A DNA stretch of 63,874 nucleotides, counting the filler, from Reclinomonas americana ATCC 50394 (lineage: Eukaryota): the NCBI GenBank assembly GCA_048213135.1. It is 5 parts of 3 records of this genome, joined end to end, with 100 filler letters (N's around TTAATTAATTAA, not from the genome) between each part and the next. Parts side by side here need not be neighbours in the genome. Positions count along the whole stretch, not along the records: positions 50,650 to 60,178 come from PS015209.1; positions 60,279 to 63,874 come from PS015211.1; 3 more parts are not named here. The stretch is one strand, 5' to 3'. Positions 52,051-61,322 of this stretch are shown here, one piece after another (position 1 is the stretch's first letter; each line of letters opens with the position of its first letter). Under the pieces are notes generated by a model, which saw nothing but the letters and a program-made list of their open reading frames with translations, was not told the origin of the DNA and searched no databases. Made by a program: the position numbers and the translations under genes.

Positions 52051-52479
52051 ACTTTTGCACAGTCACCACCTAAATAAAGACCACTCTTGAGTGTCAGAGG
52101 CATGCAATGCACACACACAGAGTGAAATTACACGAAACCTCATAGCCTGCACGCTCCGCCTGTCGCGCAAACTGCTCAGGGTTCGACGCATTCTTCTTCA
52201 CGGGCGCCTGTGTGTGAGAGAGAGAGCGACATGTCACGCACTTTTATCTCGCACTTTCGTGTGTGAGTATGTAAGAGTGTGAGGCAGCACGCAACCTTCT
52301 TGCGCAGCACAACGGGCTTCCTGTGTGTGAGTGAGAGAGTGTGAGAGAGAGAGAGCGCATGATGATGATGATGATGCGCATACAAGATTCCGCACCAGTC
52401 TGTGCATGCAATACAGAGCGCGCAAGTGAGCATCTCACACACGCACAAAGACAGACACACTCGCCGCACCTTGATCCAT
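52051..52479 (-). CDS. MBF1: Multiprotein bridging factor 1 (EDF1), 5' part; the rest is lost in the gap/linker
   Basis: Five tiny exons splice to MDQDWKPVVLRKKAPVKKNASNPEQFARQAERAGYEVVTVQK, the MBF1 N-terminal signature (QDWxPVVLRK...ARRxGxxVxTxxK). Confidence 0.88.
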
Positions 52480-52511
52480 AATCGCTTTACAGATGTTGTC
52501 AAATAACACGA

Positions 52512-52978
52512 TGGACAAACAAAGGGACAATCGATGAGTCACATGCAAGATCCTGCGCACGCAGCACATCGATGCCTTTCGCTGCATCACACCATCAGTG
52601 GAGAAGTTGCATCGATGCCGTGCAAACGGCATTCAAAAAACATGTTGCGTCGACGACAAAAGTGGACAAAGGACAATCGATGAGTCATACGACCGAGAAG
52701 CGCCCTTGTTGCACACTCAGCATTATCGATGGCAGCTCGAGCTCCGACCAGCTGCTTCGGCTCCGCTAAAGAGGCATTCAGTCTTGTTCCACGGAGGAGT
52801 GGACAAATCAGCAAGGACAATTGTGACTCACACAAGCGCCTCATCGCACACACACGCACAGGATGTTATCGCTTCCTGCACCGATCGCATCACCGCACGC
52901 CTGCTTGCACAAGAGGCAACCCGCAGACTACTTGTATTTTGAAAGCGGACAAGGGACAATCGATTGATGAGTCACATG
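52512..52978. promoter_or_regulatory. Four-copy ~145-bp-periodic element carrying TGA(G/C)TCA (AP-1/GCN4-type) sites upstream of MBF1
   Basis: GGACAA..GGACAATCGATGAGTCA-like boxes with the heptamer at 52535, 52681, 52824 and 52968. The regulatory function is inferred. Confidence 0.45.
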
Positions 52979-53439
52979 ANNNNNNNNNNNNNNNNNNNNN
53001 NNNNNNNNNNNNNNNNNNNNNNNNNNNNNNNNNNNNNNNNNNNNNNNNNNNNNNNNNNNNNNNNNNNNNNNNNNNNNNNNNNNNNNNNNNNNNNNNNNNN
53101 NNNNNNNNNNNNNNNNNNNNNNNNNNNNNNNNNNNNNNNNNNNNNNNNNNNNNNNNNNNNNNNNNNNNNNNNNNNNNNNNNNNNNNNNNNNNNNNNNNNN
53201 NNNNNNNNNNNNNNNNNNNNNNNNNNNNNNNNNNNNNNNNNNNNNNNNNNNNNNNNNNNNNNNNNNNNNNNNNNNNNNNNNNNNNNNNNNNNNNNNNNNN
53301 NNNNNNNNNNNNNNNNNNNNNNNNNNNNNNNNNNNNNNNNNNNNNNNNNNNNNNNNNNNNNNNNNNNNNNNNNNNNNNNNNNNNNNNNNNNAGCGAGAGA
53401 GGCGTGGCGCTTGGGCGATTCTGAGTCTCTCCTATTGTG

Positions 53440-55200
53440 AGTTGCTGTGGTCGGCTCTCTCTATCTCCTGCTCATCATCGCCGACCACTTTGATTCTTGC
53501 TTGCTCCTCATTCCATGCGATTTGGTTTCTCGTGATCTTCGTCTCCACATGATCTCTCTTCTCTCCTCGCTTCGTTGCCACTCTATTTCCTTCCACCACG
53601 ATCCCTCACCAAGCATCTTGACTCACTCCATCCGAGAGTGCGCTTCGTATCCTGCCGCAATCACCCCCTCGCTCTCCCTTTCGCAAGCACGATCGACTCT
53701 CCATGTCAATCGCTCTCCTTTGGTCACTGTCGTTCACTCATCCTCGCCGACCGCTTTGATTCCACACCAGAGTGCGATTTGGTTTCTCGTGATCATCGTC
53801 TCCACGCGATCTCTCTTCTCTCTCCTCTCCTCGATTCGTTGCCTGCTCTCTGTCTCCGTCCACCGCGATCCCTCTCATCACCAGGCATCTTGACTCACTC
53901 CATTCCAGAGTGCGCTTCGTCTCCGTCTCTCCCTCCCTCTCTCCTTAATGCACAACGATCGATCTCCTTTGGTCACAGTCGCTCACGCATCATCGACTGG
54001 TTGCTTCTCATGTCATCACGAATGGCTCCTGATGTCCTTGTCTCCGCACGATCCTCTCTCTTTCTCTCACTCGTTGCAAGCATGCTTGATTGTCTCCTGT
54101 CACCACGATCGCTCTCGTTCAATCACTCGCCCTGAAGCGCCTTGATTGCTCTCGTCAGCATTCACTGTGGACAGCCTCTTTGTCATCCAGTCTCGCCTCT
54201 CATTCCATGATGGCCTCTGCTGGGCCCTTCAGTGCACTGGCGTTCTCATTTTTTTCACGTACCACTGTTCTCGTCCTCCTTCGCACGACTCTCACCCTTC
54301 CCCACATGATCTCTCTTGATCACAGTCTCACTTCTTCTCATGCCATTGCACACTGTTCTTGCCCTCTGCTGCACTGTTGTCTCACATCGTCTCCTCACGA
54401 TCTGTCACTCTCTCTCTCTCTCTCTCGCCCTCCTTGCTAGTTCCTCAATCCATTGCAGAATCCCCGACAATTACTCTCCCTGCTCCATGTGATCTCTCTT
54501 GATCGCCCAGACTCACTCCTTCTCGTCCTATTTGTTCTCCCTTATTACCGGCACCACGTTTTTCTCTGCTCCACACGATCTGTGCTAATTACCCATCTTC
54601 ATATGTCATCGCAAACTGTTCTTGCCTTCCTTTGCGCGACGATCTCTCCCCCACTTTACATGGTCTTTTCTCTTTGTCGCCCAGTCTCACTTCTCATGCC
54701 GTTGCAAACTGTTCTTGCCCTCCTCTGCATTGTTGTCAACACAACATCTCCACACGATCTCTCTTAATCTCGCTGGCTCATTCCTTCTCGTCCTATATGT
54801 TCTCCCTTATTACCGGCACCACGATTTTCCCTGCTCCACATGATCTGTGTGAATTGCCCATCTTCATATGTCATCGCAAACTGTTCTTCCCTTCCTTTGC
54901 GCGACGATCTCTCCCCCACTTTACATGGTCTTTTCTCTTTGTCGCCCAGACTCACTGCTTCTCATGCCGTTGCAAACTGTTCTTGCCCTCCTCTGCACTC
55001 TTGTCATCAAACGTCTCCACACGATCTTGATCGCCCAGACTCACTCCTCATGCCGTTGCAAGCTGTTCTTGCCCTCTCCCTTCTCCACACGATCTTTCTC
55101 TTCATCGCAGTCTCTTCATCCTATTGCCAGGACTGTTCCTGCTCATGTGTTGATCATTCAGTCTCACTTCTCCTCATTCCCCACTCCATTCCAAAACCAT
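53440..55200. repeat. CT-rich tandem duplications (~255-266 bp units), probably intronic to CFAP141
   Basis: TCTCGTCCTAT.TGTTCTCCCTTATTACCGGCACCACG at ~54521 and ~54787; TGCGATTTGGTTTCTCGTGATC at ~53516 and ~53773. Confidence 0.85.
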
Positions 55201-55213
55201 CGACACCACGATT

Positions 55214-55246
<33 letters not shown>

Positions 55247-55303
55247 TCTGTATGTCTATCCTTGCATCTCAACTCTTCCCCTTTTCCTTCTCCCCCATCA
55301 CAG

Positions 55304-55785
55304 CCACTCCTCTCCCGCGGCGTCGAACCCCGCAACATCTCACGACGAATCGAGATCGATCGACACGTCGCCGACTACGAGCACGTAACCAAAAGGCGCG
55401 TGCGCATGCGCTTCACTCTCTTTCCCCCTTTTTTTCTGCGAGAGTGACTCACTGTCGCCGCCGCCAACAAAAAAAAAACAGGGACCGCATTGCACAATTC
55501 AAGGCCGACTGGGAGAACAAGAAGATGGCCTCCAAGCGGGTAAACATGCGCAACCCGCTGGCCAACCCCGGGGTGAAGGAGGAGCTGCGGGCGGTGCAGT
55601 ATGCCACCATGGTTGAGCGCAAAGCCGCCCTGCAACGGCTGCTGGAGGAGGAGCAGGCGGGGTGCGTGGTTTTGTTGAGCGATTGAGGGAAGGAGTTGGG
55701 TTTGATTGCTCACTGTGGTGTGTCAGGTACGAGAGGGAACTGGATGAAATGGGACTGGCGATCTTCCGTGAGAAGGATTGAGGAG
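55304..55785 (+). CDS. CFAP141: Cilia/flagella microtubule inner protein CFAP141 (C1orf189) family; start exon not located
   Basis: ...DRIAQFKADWENK...VKEELRAVQYATMVERKAALQRLLEEEQAG|YERELDEMGLAIFREKD* matches the 'EL...L..R.AAL..L...E...Y..EL..MG.A' signature. Confidence 0.75.
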
Positions 55786-56309
55786 GGGGTGGGGTGGTGG
55801 AGCGTGTGTGTGTGTGAGTGTGAGTGGGGAGGAGAGGAGGATGAAGAAGAAGAAGTGTATATTTCAAAAAGCAAGTTATTTCAAAAAGCAAGTTACTTCT
55901 GGTCGTGAGGAACTGTGGTGATGCAGGGAACTGGATGACATGGGGCTGGCAATCTTCTGAGAGAAGGATAGAGGGCAGGCGTGTGTGAGTGAGAAGAGAG
56001 GAGAGGAGGAGGAAAAAAGAGTATTAATTTCTTACTTGTGGTCGTGAGGATGGAATGGGATGGTCCAGGCGTGACTTGGAAGGAGCGGGGGTTGGTGATC
56101 CTGGAGAGATAAAGACTGGAATGCAGAATGAGAGCTGGAGTCGCGTTGGGTTTGAAACTTGTAAGGAGAAGCAGTGGGGATGGATGGGCAGTTGTGATAT
56201 GAGAAAGCACAGTTCGTCTCATTGAAAGAGATGTGTTGGTGTTGGGAGTTGTAACGAGTGCAGGTAAAGTCGGGTAAGAACAGTGAGACCGGTGGTGCAC
56301 TTAGAAATA

Positions 56310-56790
56310 GAGAAAACTCGTCTCCACGCAGCAGTGCAGATTGACGGCAAGAGAGTCTGTGTAGGAAGCCATAAGGAGAACCACCAGGGTGGAGCAATAA
56401 GCAGTGGGAATGCTGGTGATGAGAACAAGAAAGATGATGAAGTTTGCTGACATGAAAAGGACTAGCAGTCGAGAAGGAGTGGATGCAGTTGCAATAAGAG
56501 AAAACTCGTCTCCACACACAGCAGTGCAGAATGATGGCGAGAGAGATGTCGGTGTAAGAGGCAGAGTGGGGTAGCAGTGTGCAGTCGTGATGTGAGACCA
56601 CGATCGTCTCCACACAGCAGTGCAGAAAGATGGCGAGAGAGTCGATGTAGGAAGCCATAAGGAAAGGAGCAGAAAGCAGTGGGAATGCAGGTGCAGTCGT
56701 TTACGGAGAACAAGAGAGATGATAACGTTGGAAGACATAAGAAGGATCAGCAGTCGACAAGTAATGCATGCAGTCGCGATGGGAGAAAGC
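56310..56790. repeat. Degenerate tandem repeat (CTCGTCTCCACACAGCAGTGCAGA / GTAGGAAGCCATAAGGA)
   Basis: Motifs recur 2-3 times in intergenic DNA. Confidence 0.7.
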
Positions 56791-57217
56791 ACAGCTCTTC
56801 TTTATACAGCGTGTGAAAGCAAGAGAGGCATTCACTTGGTAGACTCTGTTCGTGACTTCAAATCTATCAGTCTACATCACTGTGTGGAGCTTGTCAGGAG
56901 CCGCAATCTTCCCCATCGTTTATAGCTCGTGATTTTTGGAACTAGGAGGTCATAAGGGAGACCAGCAGCATCGGGGAAGAAACACGCGAGTATGAAAAGA
57001 AATGCAGGCGTTGTCGTGAAGGGAGAAATCGCGGCTCGTCTTCACAAAGCAGCGCCACATATTTACAAGAGACGTGTTGGTGACAGCAATTCAGGAAACC
57101 CCGTAGAGTCAGGAAAGAAGCATGCAACTCGAGGAGGTGGGAATTGTCGCGGATCCTGTCAATTTTCCGACACGCGCCCGCTTCTCTCCCCATATCTCTC
57201 GCCGGCGCGCACGCGCA

Positions 57218-58219
57218 ATGGAGGGCTACACGCACCTCCACCATGCATTATCCATCGAGCGTGCCTCTATCCATGTGCACGTTGTGTGCGGAAGAGATCG
57301 CTCTTCGCCAGTCCTGCTGTGTGCTTCGAACAGGCGTCGTCTGGTCGTCCCGAAACGCGACTTGGTGCGTCCGTCTCCTCTCCTCTCCTCTCGTCCGCCC
57401 CTTCTCTCTTACACACGCATGTGCACAGCGATACCGCCTCCAGCCGGCCTCCTTTGGTGATCTGCCTCGACTCGTACGCGCCCTTGTCGTCAACCTTGAA
57501 CACAAGCTGATACGACCGGCAGACGAGTTGGTCGAGTGGGCGCTCTGCGCCCATGCTGATCCGCCCTGCATCTTTCGTGTAGGAGCGCTGCAACGAGCTC
57601 TCCTCCCGCATCTGCAGCACCAGTTGGAACATTTGGTGGAGGAGCTCGCAGAGGACTCGAGAGTAGTGTTGCCTGACGAGTTTTGTGATGCTTGTGAGCA
57701 GCAGCTGCCGTCGACGTATTCAGTGGTCAGCAAGGACGCGCTTGTTTCGGAGGCAGAGGTGGCCATACGTGAACACTTGATTCGGGAACTGGTGGTCGCT
57801 GGCGACGACGGTGAAGATGACAACGGATCGGCGAGATTCAGCATGGAGGGCGACGACGATCACCAGCGCGATTGTGGTCGATGTGCAACGTGGGCCGAGT
57901 GTGCCCGTGAATTCGCTTTAGATGAACTGTGCTCGCGGGAACTGCTGATTGCAAGGTCAACAAAGGGGGGATGGAGAGCGTTTGTCAACGCCGCCGAGTC
58001 GAGACGTTTGTGTTGCCTGCTGCAGTGCGCCTTTCTCACTGCTGCTCTCCCTCACTGCTTTTCCCAAACGCAGAGCACAGACGATTTCGTGTGCGCCTAG
58101 TCACGGCGGCATGTCAAGCGTCTCCAGCGTACTATGCCGCTCGAAACGTTTGGTACCAAGGCCCTTTCTTCACTGGATTCGGGAGAGACCACTTCGAAAG
58201 AGTCGTGGATGTGGAGTGA
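57218..58219 (+). CDS. Hypothetical protein (3 exons)
   Basis: ATG 57218, GT-AG introns at about 57365-57428 and 58006-58072, a long middle exon (RYRLQPASFGDLPRLV...), ending ...HFERVVDVE*; no family recognised. Confidence 0.5.
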
Positions 58220-58241
58220 ATGGTTGTTGGTTGGCGGCAGA

Positions 58242-59583
58242 TCACTCCCAGTTGCTGCCAGTGAGGTCAACACACGCGCGGTGAGCGAGAAGTCGAATGA
58301 ATGGCGGAAAGTAGGCGACTTAACAAACGTAGACCACATCCCCCTGTCCCCCTGGTCGCGCAGTGCATGTGATTGCAACCGCCTGCGCGCGGCAGCCCAC
58401 AGTGTGTGAGTTGCAGGGAACGATCAGCCGACAGCGTGATTGCCCTCTTGACACACCGTTCTTTTCGATACGGGTCCCACAGCGGGGACAGGGTTTCGTC
58501 AAAACTGCAATACTTTCCGCCGTCAAGCGCTCCTCCTCCTCTCGGCGACGCCGTGCCTCCTCTTCGGCTCGCTTCTGCTCAGCATGCGCACGCCGTTCCT
58601 CTTCCACGTGTCGATCATACGACGCACAATCGAATCCGAAATGCCACGCAGACTGCAGAGATGGCTGAGACGTCGCGAGTAAACCCATCCCACAAAGAGA
58701 ACTCCCCCACACTGTGGCTCACGTTGTGGTGCAAACACCAGTGCTGAGAACATTGGGCGCAGGCAAAATGAACGTCGCCCTCGTCGACCTGCACAACATT
58801 ATGGATTTTGCTGTCGGCGCGGAGAAGCAACAAACATATGCATACAGAGACAGGAAGCCACCCTTGACCATTTGCACGGCAGAGCACTGCGGGTTGAGGC
58901 ATCGGTGACAGTGCGGATCCTGAGAGACGTGCGCGGTGATTGCCAGATGCTGGAAACGCTCGTAGACCTCACGAGTGGCCAATCGCTGAACATGTACAAG
59001 TCAATGCGACGTGAGCTGCCACACTTGCATGCAAAGGGCGACGAAAAAGTATCGGCATATCTTCTGGCTCGAGTTGCCGTCGACAAGTGACGTTGGAACA
59101 ACGCACCACCGAAGTGCCCGTGTCGGGGTCCATCACAGCAGTAGCGATCAATTGCGCAGCGCACTGACAAAACAACACAGAATGTCAGTGTATATAACTC
59201 ACGCATCGTAATGCTCAGTGGCGATTCACCTCAGCACAAAGCTCGTCGGGATGAGGACAAGTGAGCGTGAGTGGCACTAGGCGATCGACGCTGAACCTCT
59301 CGCCGCAGACTGAGCAGTCGGCCTCGGGGATGCGGACGACATCTTCCAGTGCCTCAACCGGCTCTGCGCCCATGTCCGCCAACTGGCGACGGAGCGCTGC
59401 CAGTCGTGCCTGCCGAGCCGGAATACTCGGGTCCGCTTTGTGCATGTACACGCAGTGAGACACCGCATAGGCGAAGGTGTTTCGGCAGACAGCCACACAC
59501 GGCACCTCGCGAATTCGTGCGCAAAAAGTACTCGAGCGACACGAGCTCCGAGCGCAGGTCGTCGGCCAGCGTGGAGGGATCCA
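58242..59583 (-). CDS. RBR (RING-IBR-RING) E3 ubiquitin ligase, C-terminal part
   Basis: RING1 CSVCGE..TCPH..LCAEC; IBR CHRCLNPQC..FACAQC...WH..DCASY; RING2 TKPCPRCGTRIEKNG|GCNHMHC..GCGLRFNWE*, including the catalytic Cys context. Confidence 0.9.
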
Positions 59584-59695
59584 CTGCAACACCACATCAG
59601 TAGTCAATTCTGCCTTCGCAACAAAACTGGCGCCTNNNNNNNNNNNNNNNNNNNNTGATGCGTGGGGTGGCTCATGTGACGCGTTGTGAATGCAG

Positions 59696-60175
59696 CTCTA
59701 CCCCTCTGCTGGTGGGCGGCGTGGCACAGGTGCCCATGTTCGTCGTGGTGAGCACTCTCGAGCATCTCTTTGGGCCGATTGTTTCGGCGTCTCGGAAGAC
59801 GTTTGAAGGCGCCTATGGGATTGTGCGGTTCGGGTCTCGGGAGCACGAGGCCGCTGCGGCCGACAGGGAGGTGGTGGAGATTGCCGGGCGGCAAGTGCGG
59901 TGCGTATGCACGCCATGTCGCCACTTGTCAGTGTCGAATCTCACTGTGTGTGGAACGAAAAATAAGAATTGCGACCATCTTGCATCCTGATCAAAAAGAC
60001 GTGTATCCGGGCGCGTGGACGCGACTGGTGGAGGCCGTCTCTGGCGCGGAGTTCACACAGCGCACGTCGGAGATGTTGGCACGCTCGCTCAGTCACGTGC
60101 GCGAGGCCGTTTTTGAACAGATGAGCCCGGATACGATGGGTGTCGCTTTCGACGAGTACTTGCCGACCGCTCTTG
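59696..60175 (+). CDS. RRM-like exons, probably the N-terminal part of the RBR ligase on an inverted contig
   Basis: LLVGGV..LEHLFGPIVSA..AYGIVRF..AAA..VEIAGRQVR shows an RNP2/RNP1-like pattern. It ends in a phase-1 donor compatible with the phase-1 acceptor of the RBR piece. Confidence 0.5.
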
Positions 60176-60339
60176 GTGNNNNNNNNNNNNNNNNNNNNNN
60201 NNNNNNNNNNNNNNNNNNNNNNTTAATTAATTAANNNNNNNNNNNNNNNNNNNNNNNNNNNNNNNNNNNNNNNNNNNNAGACTGTGTGATTCTGCGCGAA
60301 ATGTTCTTTGCCTTTCCTCCCGCTCACGTGTACGGATAG

Positions 60340-61187
60340 TGTTCCGTTGGTGTGCGCCGGTGTGCTGCTGTGGGTGCGTGCACTGTTTGCCGATGCCGAG
60401 TTCCACGGCGATGCGTACAAGGACACGGCCACGGTGAACACCTTTGTCAACATTCTGCTGCTGGTCCGTTCGCGTGTTTGTGCATATCTCCCATGTGCCC
60501 CCCCTTCTGTGTCTCACCCAGCCTCCCCGCAGATCAACGAACGGCAAGCGCGACAGCGACTGCATGTATACCGTGTGGCCAAGGAGATTGTGTCGTCCAC
60601 TGTGGAGAAGATCGAACCGGCTCCGTTGGTGTGTGTGTCTGTGCTGAGGAGAGAGAGATTGAGTCGCTCAGTGCTCACTGCCACCATGGCGAACGCACAG
60701 GTCGGCTATCGCAATCAGTTTGTCCCCATATTCGTGCAGCTGGCTCAGTTGGGTCACGTCGACGCGACGCTTGCGGCACTTGCCGAGTTTGCCGCCTCCG
60801 ACAGCGTCGATTTGTCGTTCATTCGTGAGTGCATGATGGAGGTGAGAATGTCGCATTGCGCCGTCGTGTGTGCGCGTCAGGTGCTCACGTTGGCGATGCA
60901 GTTGCTGGGCATGATCGAGCCACCGTTCGAGCCGGCCTTTGTGTCGGACGTGATTCGCGTCCTCGGCCATCCGCGATACGCGCTGGCCATGAAGCGTGTG
61001 GAGTGCAAGAGTCGAATCCGCGAGTTCTACGGTATTTTTCCTCCTTGTCACAACGAATCACACAAGACACTCCCACTCTTACGCACACGTGTGTTATGCA
61101 GATGGAATCCGCGAGTCGGGCGTTGGTCTGGCGGCAGGGGAAATATCCATTCTGCAATCACACATGCCCGAGGGTGTGGTACTCTAA
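60340..61187 (+). CDS. NELFCD: Negative elongation factor C/D (TH1), C-terminal part
   Basis: VPLVCAGVLLWV...FVQLAQLGHV...VDLSFIRECMME|LLGMIEPPFEPAFVSDVIRVL..IREF aligns by eye with NELFCD 'PVVAMGVLKWV...MVHLLSRGYV...TDISLIRYFVTEVLDVIAPPYTSDFV'. Confidence 0.85.
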
Positions 61188-61322
61188 TCCCAACTTGTCT
61201 GTAAACCGTGTCTGGCAAATAAAAGAAGCAAGCGAGTGAATGCACAAAGACCAGCTGCACCTCTCTTTACGGAAACCCGGCACATGCACACAGAAGGGGG
61301 AGCACGCGACACGGTGTTGCTA

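Noticed and set aside
52512-52978. CRISPR-like repeat-spacer appearance
   Set aside because: Repeats are degenerate, spacers are ~120 bp and partly similar to each other, the context is eukaryotic, and there are no cas genes.
53440-57100. Transposon or retroelement in the repeat-rich block
   Set aside because: No transposase, RT or integrase motifs and no TIRs or LTRs seen; only local tandem duplications around CFAP141.
58230-58260. In-frame TGA at the RING2 end as selenocysteine or a reassigned stop
   Set aside because: Read-through gives no further RING-like residues. All other confidently spliced genes use the standard code, with TAA/TAG/TGA as true stops.
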